Assembly (NCBI RefSeq): GCF_016433145.1
Contig: NC_058135.1
Location: forward strand, 274,053,009-274,117,008
DNA from: Gracilinanus agilis
Lineage: Eukaryota
Length of the DNA: 64,000 nucleotides
Direction: 5' to 3'
The notes beneath the pieces were generated by a model. That model made no database searches and was not told the DNA's origin. It worked only from the letters and a program-made list of their open reading frames with translations. Within the stretch, counting starts at the first letter, position 1; every line of letters begins with the position of its first letter. The position numbers were made by a program, and so were the translations under genes. Shown here one piece after another: positions 24,420 through 37,689 of the stretch.

Positions 24420-25558
24420 CAGTAATGGTGAATCTATGGCATGACTGCCAAAGATGGTACACAGAGCCCTTTCTGTGGGCACTGATAACCCTCCTCACCT
24501 CTGCCAACCCCCAGAGTTCATTACTAGAAAGGCAAAGAAACTTGGGGAGAGCTGCTCCCTTCCCCCTCTTCATGTCCCTGAAGACATTTTTTCACATCAT
24601 CCTTCCCTCTGCCCAGCAGCCCAATGGGAGCTCACAGAGGGTAAAGTGGGTCACTCACAGGCAGCAGAGCTGAAGGGCAGTGGAACACTCCCCTGTCCCT
24701 CTCTATACTCTGCTAACTAGGAAAAACACAGAACCATTAAGATGGTCAGAAAAAACAAATCTTTAATCAGGTTAGAAGCAAGTTCTTAATATTCAGCCAC
24801 CAGACAGAGTCAAGGGCTTAAAATCCACACAGAGCCAAGGGCTTTTGAATTCTGGAAACATTATCTCTGAAAGAATGCACCACCAAATATGATCCTCTGA
24901 AGAGGAACAGAATTTGCGGGTCTCATATACATTTTGGGGGAACAAAGGGCAGGGAAGAATGATTGACTAGCTCTATACTACATACAAGGAAAGGAGGAGC
25001 CCAGGGATTGACTGACAGGAAGAGGCTGATGCTTTTCACTAGCTACAAAAAAATGTTTCCAGCCAGGGGCTGGACTACCTGGTTAATGTAGATAAACTTT
25101 TAAAACAAAAAAGAAAGGATACCTAAGGCTTGATTGACTACTAATCTCATCTAACCTGAGATCATTTTGTACCTCAAAGTCTATTGTTCAGTTCAGTGAT
25201 GGTGTCAGGCAGATCAGTTGAGTCAGTCAGGTGCTTTCCCCCAAAGCAATTTCCTAAAGGACAAGGGGCAAACTTGGGATCTCCAGAAATTGATTTGACA
25301 ACTCACAGAAGACATTCCTCACTTCACCCACCCCTCTGCTCAGCAGTCCAATTGGAGAGCTTTCTCTCTCCCCTTTGTAGGATGAGGGGGAAGCAGGATA
25401 TGACCGGCACTCGGTGAGGGAGGCATGGTACAGCATGTGGTCTCTTTGTGGGGTGGGCACAACTCTTGGTGGCTTGTGGGGGGGAGAGCTCGGCACATCT
25501 TCTAGTGGCTGGGAGGGAGGGGCCTGGCACTCTATCTCTAAAAGTTTTTCTATCACTG
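24420..25558. mobile_element. non-autonomous hAT DNA transposon carrying a nested LTR
   Basis: Left end CAGTAATGGTGAATCT; right end reads CAGTGATAGAAAAACT on the minus strand; flanks atctacaa/gtctagag resemble the NTCTAGAN hAT target site. Confidence 0.65.
24681..25190 (-). mobile_element. solo LTR nested in the hAT element (same family as 39581-40075)
   Basis: TGGAAC...GTTCA termini; colinear similarity to the reverse complement of 39581-40075. Confidence 0.7.
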
Positions 25559-26929
25559 GTCTAGAGCATAGTTGCAAAATTAGGGGACATGATAGATACA
25601 AAATATGGCACTTTAAGAATAGGGCCAGGAGTAACAAAGTATAATATAAACTAAGACTGTAGAAAAAGAAAGGAAAATGAAAAGATTTTTCTCTACATTA
25701 GCTATATTGGGAAAATGTACTCAAAATGGTGTGGAGTGGACTTTGGGGGGGGGGGAGTTTGCTCACTCTAATGAGCATATAAGAGAGTTTAATAAGATGC
25801 TGGAGGTTGTGTCTTTAGAAAAAAACAGTAGGAAGTGAGGAATGGGGAAAAGGGGATGAAGGCGGAGAGGAAGGGAAGGAAAAGGGATTCTGCCCACAAA
25901 AGGTGCTTTCTTGGGGCAAAAATGTCCACTCTCTATGTGTAAGCACAGACTTTTGTAATAATATTGATGCAAGATTCTTTTCCTTTCCTCTGTCCTTTCC
26001 TGAGGAAAGGGAGGGGCTGTGTGATATTTCAAATCTTGAGCATGTGATTTTCAATAATGCATATCCCTAAAGACCCCCATAATCAAAAAATCCATGACTG
26101 TCATGCAATTTTTAGCCTGGGACAGTAGAGTTATATTTGAAACACCCTGTTTGTTCATTCCTTCTTCAGCTTATCTTGTCCCTCTTCCTAGAGCTGGCAT
26201 CTTTCCAAGGATATAGATAAATTTTTCTCAAGATTTTTGAAAATGGTCATGAAAACTAAAAACTTTATGAGGGGGTAACAGCTTTATTCTAAGGAATAGT
26301 AATACTAAGAGTATTGAAAACTGGGGTGGCAAGCCAAATGCTACTCTGAGAATTACACACTGAATCTCAACTCATGCCAAACCAATCAATCAATCAAAGA
26401 TTAATTATTTATTAAACACTTATTGAGTATCAGGTACTTTGCTAGTTACAAATAATCCAAAGACAAAAAAGAACCAGTCCTTAGTCTAAAGAAATTCATA
26501 TCGATTAGGAGAAACAATGGGGATATAAATGAGCATATATAAGTATATGAAAAGAATGTACACATTTTGTGTGTATGTAGTTAAATGTGTGCATGTATTG
26601 TAGGTGATAAGAATAGGAGATACAAGAGGGGGGAAATACACAACATTTATAAAATGCTTCCCTGGAGGTGTTATTTGAGTAGCATTTTAAAGAAATAGAA
26701 TCTTAAATGACAAATTTATTGTGGAAATACATTTTAGTCAAAGGGAACATGTGCAAAGGCATGGGAATGAGATACGGAGTTTTACTCCAGAGGAACGGAA
26801 AGAAGACTGAATGTTAGATAAAAAGATTGTAAAATTAGATTGTTTTCCCCAATTATATATAAAAAAGGAACAAAGAAGAAGAAAGGATGTGAAATATAAC
26901 ATGTTTGGGTCAGAATTCAAATTTAATCT

Positions 26930-27560
26930 ATTATCTCTCTGAAGGCAGATAACATTTTTCATTGTCTCTGGAATTGTCTTAGATCACTCTATGGCTGAGA
27001 ATAACTAGGTCCTTCATATTTTCTCATAAAAATAATTCTGTTACTGTGCACAATGTTCTGGTTTTGCTCACTTCACTTTGTATCACTTCATGTAAATCTT
27101 TTCAGGTATTTCCAGAATCATCCTGTTTATCATTTCTTATAGCACAATAGAATTCAATTACAATCATATACTACAACTTTTTGAGCCATTCTCCAATTGA
27201 TGGACAACTCTTTCATATCAAATTCTTTGCCATCAGAAAAAGAGCTGCATAAAATATTTTATACAAATAGGTCACTTCCCTTTATTTATTTAGAACTAGT
27301 AGTGACCTTGGTGGGTCAAAGGATATACAAATTTTAGAACCTTTCGGGCATAGTTCCAAATTGCTTTCCAAAATGGTTGGATTAGTTCACAACTTCACTA
27401 ACAGCTCATTAGACTCCCAATTTTCCTACATCCTTTCCAAAATTTATCATTTTTTTCTCTTTTCTCAGACTATTCTGATAGGTGTGAATTAATGCTTCAA
27501 GGTTGTTTTAATTTGCTTTTCTCCAATCAAGACTGTAAATCAAGAGTTCTTACTTTTTTT
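26930..27560 (-). mobile_element. L1 ORF2 3' fragment
   Basis: ctggttttgctcacttcactttgtatc...gccattctccaattgatggac...ccaaattgctttccaaaatggttgg. Confidence 0.8.
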
Positions 27561-28234
27561 CAGGCAATGGATTTCTATAGGAGTGTTGGGGAAGCTTATA
27601 ACCACAGCCAAAATGTTTTAGGATAAAATAAAAAATACTTATGATTAGGGAAAAAACCAATTGTGTGTAGGGAAGGGAAAAAATAATCATTTATTAAGTT
27701 TTTTGTATGAGCCCAGCTATTGTATTAAGTATTTTGCATAGTTTATCTCACTTAATATTTACAAAACCCTGGCAATTATGTATTATAATAATCTTCATTT
27801 TACAACTGAGGAAACTGAATTGGAAAGAACTTTAAGCAAATTGTCTGTGAAACAGAGCTAATAAGTGTCTGAAGCTAGTTTTGAATTCAGGATTTCCTAA
27901 CTCCAGGCTCTATGCTCTATCCACTGCATCCTTTATCTGCCTCTATTTGTATAGACATGATGTAATTTTCTACCTGTTTAAAAAGGTATTTTGAAATCTA
28001 ATGTTGGACTTCATTTTAATAAATCTGGATCTTGATGCTTTGACATTGTACAAATACCGAATGTGTATTAAACTTATCGACAATGTATCCATTATTCCTG
28101 CTACATGATCAGTTCACTTACTCTTATGACGTTCTTTTAGTTGCTTCTTTTTCTCAGGAATTCACTGCTAATAAGTTTCAGTCCTCTCATGTTTAGAATT
28201 TGTCTATTGCCTTTGGATTCCCACAACTTTTAAA

Positions 28235-28570
28235 ATTAAATTATATTAATTAGAAAAATTAATTTATTTATTTAAATATTTTCCCATGGTTACATGATTC
28301 ACACTCTTTCCCTCCCCTCTTTCCTTCTCCCTCCCACAGCTGATAAGCAATTCCACTGGGTTATACATGTATCATTGTTCCAAACCTATGTCCATATTAT
28401 TCATATTTACAATAAAATGATCATTTAAAGTCAAAATCCCCAATTTTATATTCATTAAATCATGTGATCAGTCACATATTTTTCTACTGCATTTCTATTT
28501 CTACAGTTCTTTCTCTAGATATGGATAACATTCTTTCTCATATGTCCCTACGGATTGTCCTGGATGCTTG
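28235..28570 (-). mobile_element. L1 3'UTR fragment
   Basis: aatattttcccatggttacatgattc...gcaattccactgggttatacatgtatcatt, typical of opossum L1 3' ends. Confidence 0.75.
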
Positions 28571-29072
28571 TAGTATAGACAAAATCTCCTAATGAATAGG
28601 GAGAGAACGGACCTTGAGTTGAGAATACCTGAGTTCATGTCCTGCCTCTGACATACAAATATGATCTGATTGTGGACAATTCACTTAATGTCTCAATGTC
28701 CCTATACAATTCTCTAGAACTATAAGTTTCAGAGAATGGTGCAAATCTCTATTGGTATAGCATTTTTCATTTCTGTAAGTTCCCCATACCACTGACATCA
28801 GAATTCTAAGCAAAAACAAATATCACATCAACCTAACAGTTGGACATTTTGATTTAGATTTCTTGCAAATGATTAAACTCAACTATAGACAAACTTTGGG
28901 TTTACTATTTTTCCTATAAATCAATTTGATCATTGTTTTCATACTGTGGTGACAGAATCTTTCCTATCTTCTTTGAAAACTTCCTATTCAGATTATGTAG
29001 GATTTACATTTTTACTAGATGATGTTCAAAGAATATGTATAATATATTGTTCTTTAAAAATGAATAAGTGAA

Positions 29073-29249
29073 GGGGCAGCTGGGTAGCTCAGTGGAGTGA
29101 GAGTCAGGCCTAGAGACAGGAGGTCCTAGGTTCAAACCCGGCCTCAGCCACTTCCCAGCTGTGTGACCCTGGGCAAGTCACTTGACCCCCATTGCCTACC
29201 CTTACCAATCTTCCATCTATGAGACAATACACCGAAGTACAAGGGTTAA
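29073..29249 (+). mobile_element. young opossum-type tRNA/CORE SINE
   Basis: Intact A and B boxes, CpGs retained, 17-bp TSD aaaaatgaataagtgaa (29056-29072 / 29250-29266). Confidence 0.95.
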
Positions 29250-29846
29250 AAAAATGAATAAGTGAAAAGATTTTATTTATGTGAAAAAAGAAAAGCCCAA
29301 TTTTTACTCTGGTAGAAGACTGGACTAGATGATGTCTAGAATTCCTACTACCTCTCAGATTCTGTGCTTTTGGATTCTGAAAAAAAACCTCACTTTTCAG
29401 CACCAAGGACAGGGCATGAAGAAAAAGAAACTGAAAAAGAGTTCCCAAAGGGAAATGATAATCCAAACTGCTTATATTTTATCTGCATCACTCACTTATA
29501 TTATTATTTCCTCTGTTTGATAAAGAATCTGTATCTATTTGACATCAGTCTTTTCTAATAAAGAAATTTGGTGCCAGAAATTGTTGGATATGAAATTTAA
29601 TTAGGCACAAATTCATGTAATAGTTGTTCTGCCTCCAGTCTATCCTTGAAATGACTCATTTTATAAAGTTAACTCATAAGATTTCTGAGGATTCATATCC
29701 TAACTACTAGTCAGAGTGATAAAAAATAAACAAATCATGTCCCATTTGTCCCTTCAGATCTCTAATGAGTAGCTATAGGGAACAGTATTTGAGCTTTCTT
29801 AAAATGTAGTGCTCATCTTATTTCCCATACAACACTTCATAGAAAA

Positions 29847-30776
29847 TTATTTCTTACATGAGGCAATTCTTTGACTCCATAAATTCCTCATGGCAGCCTT
29901 TACTTCTTTATTCCTCAAAGTGTAGATTAAGGGGTTTAACATGGGGGTTATCATTGAATAAAAAACTGTGATAGCCTTATCAATGGGGAAGATAGTCATT
30001 GGCCGGAGATATACAAATATACAAGGAATAAAGAATAACAGGACTACTGTGATATGGGAGACACAGGTGGAGAGGGCTTTGAGCCTCCCCTCCTGACTAT
30101 GAGATTTCAGGGAAGTCAATATGACTACATAGGAAGCTATCAAGAGGAGAAAGTTTAAAAGGCAGATGAACCCACTATTGGCTGCAACAAACAGACCCAG
30201 GGTATGAGTATCCATGCAAGCAAGATTGAGCAGAGGGAATAAGTCACACATGAAGTGATCTATAACATTAGGGCCACAGAAGGGGAGCCAGATTGTGATG
30301 ATAAGCTGTATTGTTGCATGTAGAAAGCCCCCAGCCCAAGCTACCCCCACTAGAAGGCTACAGAGCTTCTGGCTCATAATCATTGTATAGTGCAAAGGCT
30401 TGCAAATTGCCACATAGCGGTCATAAGCCATGACTGTGAGCAGGATGATCTCAGTGCCACCAAAAAAGTGTTCTGCAAAGAGTTGGGTCATGCACCCATT
30501 GAAGGAGATTGTTTTCTTCTCAAAGAGTGAGTCAATTATCATTTTGGGGGCCAAGGAAGATGAACAACAGCCATCTAGGAAAGACAAGTAGGACAGAAAG
30601 TAGTACATGGGGGAATCCAGAGCCTGACTATAGGCAATAGTGATGATAATGAGCAGGTTGCCTCCCAGTGTTGCCAAGTAGATGAGCAAAAACACCACAA
30701 ATATGATTTTCTGCATCTCTGGATTCTGTGTGAGGCCCAGGAGAATGAATTCAGTCACATTGTTTACACTCCTCAT
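29847..30776 (-). CDS. olfactory receptor, family 4 subfamily C (intact 309 aa)
   Basis: Intact ORF with [36 protein letters not shown]. Confidence 0.96.
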   Translation of the reverse strand: MRSVNNVTEFILLGLTQNPEMQKIIFVVFLLIYLATLGGNLLIIITIAYSQALDSPMYYFLSYLSFLDGCCSSSLAPKMIIDSLFEKKTISFNGCMTQLFAEHFFGGTEIILLTVMAYDRYVAICKPLHYTMIMSQKLCSLLVGVAWAGGFLHATIQLIITIWLPFCGPNVIDHFMCDLFPLLNLACMDTHTLGLFVAANSGFICLLNFLLLIASYVVILTSLKSHSQEGRLKALSTCVSHITVVLLFFIPCIFVYLRPMTIFPIDKAITVFYSMITPMLNPLIYTLRNKEVKAAMRNLWSQRIASCKK

Positions 30777-31499
30777 CTATATACATATATGTGAGAAATA
30801 AACTGGTTAGAGTTAATTCACTTTAAAAGAATAATTATAATTAGACACATAGAATTTCATATGCAAATATCTTTTTAAATATTCTCAGGTAAATCCAGTT
30901 TTGTAGATAGTAAAAGAAACAGAAAGGAAGGTGAAGTTGCTTTCATTCTTTCAATGAATGAGTCACTACACCCTGGTTCAAAGAGATCTAATCTAAGAGT
31001 ATCTATGATCCTTGTCATCAGCTCTTGTTCTTATACTGGTTTTTCCTTTTTCTGGCTGAGCTCTTGTGAATAAGATTTTTTTTCCAGAAACATTCAGCAG
31101 ACATATGACCTTGGGACACTTATGTTTCTCTTTTCAGAGGCAATAATGTACTAAATTTACAAGTCAGAGTACATTAGAACTATATAAAATAAAAGCTCTC
31201 ACTTATGACGTTATTCTGTCATTCTCTCTCTCTCTTTCTGTCTCTCTCTCCTCTCTTATCTCTCTGTCTCCATCTCTTTTCTATCTGCCTCTCTTTCACA
31301 CACATATACACACAGATACATACAATATCCTGTAACCAGAGATATGGCAAGATATCAAAAGCATACAATCTCAGTGTTGTAAGAATTTCAGAATATGTTT
31401 ATTTTAATCATTCTCCTCACTTTCATCCACCTTCCAAAGTTACTTATCTATGACATATATGATAATTGTATTCTCTGTGTCTGTATGAGACAGAATTAC

Positions 31500-32050
31500 T
31501 AAATTCAAATGCAACTAATTCCATTTTAGGATGATTCTAATCTTTAGGATATTTTAAAAATATGTTCTGCTTACATTTTCCTTTTTAAAATGTGATCCTT
31601 CTTTGTTAAAAAATACTAATTTATTATTCATATAAACTCCTTGAAAACCTAATAAATGTTATTTTCCTCAGTGTAAAGGCTTCCACTTTCTTCAAATAAT
31701 TCTAATATAATATGATCCAGAGGGCCTTCAACTCCAGCCCTCTTCCTGTGGTTTTCTTCATTTCACCCATATTTTCTAAAATGTGATGTCCAAAATAAAA
31801 TTCAATTCTTTAGATTGAGTTTCAATTTCAGCATATGATGTCAGGAATATTATCTTCTAAGCCTGGATTCTATGACCTTGCTTATTGCTAAAATTGCTTT
31901 TTCTTTCTCAGTGGTTAAAATTACTGTTGGCTCATATTTCATTTGGATCCACCAAGCCCTGACATCTTAAATTTTTTTTCTCCACATAGACTGTTATTTA
32001 TTTAAATCTCCCTCATCTTATGTTTATGGAGGTTATTTGTTAAACATAAT
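31500..32050 (-). mobile_element. L3/CR1 LINE relic
   Basis: ttctaaaatgtgatgtccaaaataaaattcaattc...attatcttctaagcctggattctatg...ctgttggctcatatt...ccctcatcttatgtttatgg. Confidence 0.55.
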
Positions 32051-33540
32051 TATAAGAAACTGAAAATATCCTAAATATATTCTTACAAGAAAAAAAGAGA
32101 TACTTATGCATCAAGATGTCCAGTGATGAATAAGATAATATCTATAAATGTAAAATATTATAGTTTCTGATAGTTATAGTCCTTGAGACAATTTTACTTA
32201 CAGAGTCCAGAAAGGATGATTTTTAACATTTTGATCCTATATCTATTCTTTGGGATCAAGGAAAAAACGATAGGAGTCATTAAGGAGGATAAAAAATGAA
32301 TTTATTTTTAAAGACAGTGAACCTCAGCTTGAAACTGAGTCTATATTTTCCAACCTGATTACTTAGTGCAAGTTTCTTAATCATTTTGTACCCTATCTAC
32401 ACTTCTATAAAACAAGAAAGTTTAGTAAGAATACTACAAATATCCTCTGTTAAATCTAAATATAATTATTATCAAATTATTTTTTCTATTCTACTTTTAA
32501 CAAGCACCAAATAATGAGAACACTTCTTTACACAAATTAGAATAAAAGGTGATTGTATATTAAATTGCTGAATTTAATTATGCATAGTTTATTTTGATTT
32601 TTGAATATGTAAATTCCATGCATACATTTATTTTAATGATCTTAATTCTTAATTTCTACATGTACTTGTCTTTGTTTCTTTTGAATCTTCCAGTTCTCTT
32701 CTATTCATTTTGCATTACATAATGATCCTTCTTTTCTTTATTTTCATTTTATAAACCTATTAATAGCCTTTTCTCTCCTCCCTCCCTCATTGTGTAAAAT
32801 ATTCAAAATCACCTTCACAAATATGCATGTTTGTGGAAGAAAACTGTGTCACTGAATATATTCCATCTTCCAAACCTTTAAACACTTGTTGCTCCAGTCT
32901 GGATAGCTGTTTATCAATGAAAATTTTCATTTCCATGTTGTATCCCAAATATGCCAAAATGATAAGCCAATTCAATCATTTTGTCCCCAATAGGTTGAAT
33001 GTGCACCTTGGTTTGTTTCATTGAATTTCCTCAATATAGTTGCTTATTTTATTTTGTTTTCCCTTCACACTTTGATCTCCTCTGTCTCTGTCTGTCTGTC
33101 TGTCTGTCTGTCTTTTTCTCATTACTTCTGAAAGTATCTTTCTTATACAAAAATTCTAGAAAAAATCAACACTTAAACAGCACAAAATCTGAGATGAAAT
33201 TAGAGTTCCATTCTATGAATACAAAATACATATTTCAAACTATAAAAGTTATAAAAAATCAAGCTTACGGGTACCATGAAAATAGCAGTGACCTAAAAAT
33301 TCTTGCATTACACACCCCCTCCTGAAGTCAGTTCCTCAAAGGGAGTTTCTTGTACTGCCCATATCCAGAAGATTCCTTCCTTTTTCATTAATCTGTATTC
33401 AGAAGTAAGAGACAAATAAAATATAAGGTCTTGGTATCACTGGGAAATGAGTTTTGGAGAATAGTTCTGCTAGGGAAAATTCCCATTCCATCCTTTTCAA
33501 CTCTTTTTCCATTCACTGTAATAGGAGATTTAATGTGAAT

Positions 33541-33790
33541 TTCATTCAGTGTTGAGACTTGATGACGTATTGATCTTTTATCTCTTTTGAGGATTAATAA
33601 TTAGTCCTGTTAGGAAGGTGTGCCAAATACTGGTTCAAATATTTTAACCAATTAAAATCAGTTATTTTGTAATGAAATAGGTTGAATTTTAGGGTCATGG
33701 AGTTTTGTTAAGTCTGGTCTATAGAAACCCATTGAATTAGATAGGATTAGTGGCTAAACCTTGCTTGCCTAAGATTAGGTGGCATACAAT
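33541..33790 (-). promoter_or_regulatory. candidate OR promoter block for gene 29847-30776
   Basis: tttgaggattaaTAATTAgtcctgttaggaagg, gattagtggct (33745-33755) and ctaagattaggtggca (33769-33784) align with 23410-23640. Confidence 0.65.
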
Positions 33791-34559
33791 GAGTAAAATT
33801 AGGATACAATGTAATCAGAGAAAAATGAAAAATGTGTACAAACATGTGCAGAGCAAAACAGGTGCTCATTTCAACAATATAAATGACAACAAAATTTCAA
33901 ATAACAGTGTACTAATAATGACATCTGTGAATAGCATTATTGACAATTAACAAATCAGGAAACATCTGTTTCCTCCTAGAGTGGTAGGAGATCATGGTTC
34001 TTGAAAATCATATCTTCTTACTCCTTCTTCCTGTTTATCATAAGGAATAGTTCACTAAAAGAGAATATTATTTGGAGTGACTGCTAAAAAAAACAAACTC
34101 CTGATAAAGGTTTTTGAAGTCATTAACTAATCAATCAACAAGTACTTATGAAGTGCCTACAATATGCCAAGAACTTTCCACCATTGTTTCAGTGAATTTA
34201 AATAAAACAATAAACTTGCCTCTTCTCAAGAAGTTTATTTCCTAGCTTTTTAGATGATATATACACATAGAGGTATGGAACACTTATGAAACTATCAAAA
34301 ATAATATTTTTAGGAAATATACATGTATCTAGGGCAGTCAAGGAGGCTTTATGTAGGACAAAATATTTAAGGTGATTATTGAAGAATATTAAAAATTGGA
34401 AGGAGTACAATTCAAGGATAATCAAGCTATACAAAAAGGTACAAAATTAGGACATATGGCTCCATGTGTAGGGAAACATAGAAGGATAATCAAAATGACT
34501 TGAAGCCTATAGAAGAAGAATTATTATATAATAAAGTTTGGAAATCAGAAATAACAGGT

Positions 34560-35635
34560 AGTTAGTATTGTTTTAATTTTAATTTTGTTTTTTATCAAAT
34601 TTCCCCAACTATATATATGTAGACACAATTTTAATAATAATTTTCTGATATTATAAGATCCATGTTCTTTCCTTTCCTACATCTTCTTTATATGTACTAT
34701 CATGCAATAAATATTTCCATGCTCTTCTTGTTGTTAAAGAATACACATATCATGTATATAAGAATTAAAACTTATGAAGGAAATAAGTGAAAATGGTAGG
34801 CTCAATTTTATTCCATCATAATCATATACCACAACTTGTTCAGTATTCCACAAATTGATGGACATCACTTCCATTTTCAAAATTCTTTGCCACCACAAAA
34901 ATAGCTGCTATAAATATTTTTATACAACTAGATCAATTCCCCCTATTTAAAATATCTTTGGGATATAGGCCAATTATGGTGATAATTCTGAGTCAAGGGT
35001 TAAGTACAGTTTCATGGTCCTTTGGTCATGATTCCAAATTGCTCTCCAGAATGGATATATGAGTTCATAACTCATATATTAGTGTTCTGATTTTGCCAAT
35101 ATTTATCTTGTACTGCTCAATATTTATCATTTTCTTTTCCTTTTTTGACATATTAGCCAGTCTGATAAGTATGAAGTAGTATCTCAAAGTTATTTTAATT
35201 TGCATTTCTTCAATTAATAGTTATTTTGATTATCTTTTCATGTGACTAAAATAGGTTTAATTTATCAATCCTAGAAATTCCTGTTCATATCCTTTGAGAA
35301 TTTACAAATTGGGAAATGATTATGTTCATATAAATTTGACTCATTTGACTAAATATGTGAGAAATGAAGTCTTTGTTAAGACACTTGTTAAAACATTCCC
35401 AGATTTTGTTCCATTCTAATCTTGATTACATTTGTTTTGTTTGAAGCAGAAACTTTTAAATTTAGTACAGTCAGTTATCTATTTTATATCTGGTAATATT
35501 CTCTGTTTCTTGTTTGGTCATAAGTTCTTTTCTCTTCCATAGATCTAACAAGCAAATGATTTCATGCTCCCCTAATTTGTTTATGGTATCACTCTTTATT
35601 TTTAAGTCATGAATCCATTTTTACTTTATCTTGAT
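34560..35635 (-). mobile_element. L1 3' fragment
   Basis: attctttgccaccacaaaaatagctgctataaatatt...ccaaattgctctccagaatgg...aaattcctgttcatatcctttga. Confidence 0.8.
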
Positions 35636-35869
35636 GGCAATGAAGATGATTGAGAAATGAATTGTCATGCTCAGTCTTGCAGTACAGCAAACTCATTTTG
35701 CTTCTGAAGAATGAATTAGAGTAGAATGATACTTGAGCCTAGGAAACTAAGTATTAGGGCACAGTAATATAACTGAAAGGTGATCCCATGTGGATGAGAT
35801 ACACACAGAATCATGTAACATTTGAAAACACATAAAATAGAAATATTGTAATGTGTATAAAGCTTAGTT

Positions 35870-36350
35870 TAAAATTAGTCTATTTGTGACATAAGAAATA
35901 ATGAAGATGATCACAAAAAATCTGGAAAGATGAATTCATGCAAAGTGAATGTTGTACACAGCAATAAAGTATGATAATCAATTATGAATCACTTAATTAC
36001 TACCAGAAATACAAGGATATGGGACAACTCCAAGGGATTCATAGTGAAAAAGACTATCCACTGCTATAGAAGAAATTGTCAAAGTATGAATGTAGATTAA
36101 AGTGTGACATGCTTTATTTTATTTCTACATGAATTTTTCTCAAATGTAAATAATATGTGTCTTCTTTCACAACTTGGTAGCCATGTAAATATATACTGTA
36201 TAACATATGTACAACCTATACCATATTAACTGCTATTTTGGGGAAAGAGCAGAGAATGGAGCAAGTGAGCAAAAATGGATAAAAAAATGTCAGAAAATCA
36301 TTATTGAAAATTATACTATATAATCTAGAAAAGAAATGAATAATTAAAAA
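35870..36350 (+). mobile_element. L1 3' fragment
   Basis: tctggaaagatgaattcatgcaaagtgaa...gactatccactgctatagaagaaattg. Confidence 0.7.
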
Positions 36351-36554
36351 TAAAATGAGATTAGTGAGGAAAGCTAAGGACAAATTGTTATTTTTATTTT
36401 TGCCATTATTGTTTTTATTAAGATAATGAAGGACAATATCTGAACTTTGGGAGAATTATATGGCAACTAATAGTGGAGATTATGTAAAGATCCCTATTTT
36501 TATTTTCTTGCTTTCTATGCCAAGGGTAGGGGTGTCAGATTGAAAAATAGAGTA

Positions 36555-37404
36555 GACTTAGGGTTTAAGATGGCTACAGAGAAGAAGCAGGGCAACTTTC
36601 TCTCCTAACCAACAATATAGCATACCTCCAAAGGACAAAAAAACAAATCCAGATGAAAGAAGGGACCCCACAATAGGGTGCAGTATCAAAGGTATGTGGG
36701 ATTTGGGCACTTCCATGCTATAAGGTGGGGGGGAATAGCTCCCATCAAAATAAGAGCTAATCAACCCTCCCTCACCCCACCCATAGTACCAGAGACAGAG
36801 GCTGCGCAATAGAGTTAGAGTGAGCAGGAGCACAAAATCTAGCTCCTTGGCAGCTAACTGGCACCACTAGGAGCTTGCCCCTGAGAACAGCAAGACCTGA
36901 GAAACCAGGAGGCTGGGGAGCTCAGACCTTGGACACTGGAGTGGGGCTGAGAGAAGCAGCATCAGCTTGCTGAAACTCATGGGAAAACCTCATGTGGAGG
37001 AGCAAGTGTGGGCCAATTTCCAGGCTCTGGGCAGCCGGCTAAAACCATGGACCCTGAAAACAGCTAGACCAGAGACCCCAGGAGGCTGCGGAGAGCAGAC
37101 CTTGGGCACAGGAGTGAGGCTGAGTGGGGCAACAGACAGCAAATGCCTAGCAGATAGTGGAAGCCAAGAGACTCACAAAGTAGCCTCAAGCAAAAACTGC
37201 TCCCTAACTTCATACAAAGAGACTTGGCTTGCCTTACTCAGACTTCTGACTGAGAAAGCATAATGATGCCAAGCAAGACCCAAGAAATAAACAAGAAGGC
37301 CAAGAAAAAAGTTCTAACACGTGATAACTTCGGCACAGAAAAAACCCAGAAAACAGAGAACAAACAATTAAAAACATCTAAACCTTCCCCCCCCAAAAAA
37401 AAAT
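36555..37404 (+). mobile_element. L1 5'UTR + start of ORF1 only, flanked by a TSD
   Basis: Opossum-type L1 5' end (ttaagatggctacagag...), duplicated internal monomer (~36900 and ~37075), ORF1-like start at 37263 (MMPSKTQEINKKAKKKVLTRDNF...), 12-bp TSD aaaaatagagta 36543-36554 / 37405-37416. Confidence 0.75.
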
Positions 37405-37689
37405 AAAAATAGAGTAACTATGGCTAATAAGAATTTTAAATATATATATTCTCCAATTACATATAAAAACAAATTTTAAATATTAATTTAAAATTGAGTT
37501 CCAAATTCTGACCCTTTTTTCTAACCTTCCTATGCCAGTAGCTTTCATCCTTCCCTGAGACAATAAACAATGTGATATTAATTTTCTATGTGCAATTATG
37601 TAAAACATTTTTCCATTTTAGTTATTTGGGGAAGAGATATTAAACAAACAGAAAATAAGGTGAAATGTAGTATATTTTGGTCCTCACTA

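Noticed and set aside
25254-25637. 127-aa ORF as a possible transposase
   Set aside because: It lies at the non-coding end of a non-autonomous hAT; no DDE or hATC motif.
29110-29466. 118-aa ORF
   Set aside because: Mostly antisense SINE sequence plus AT-rich flank.
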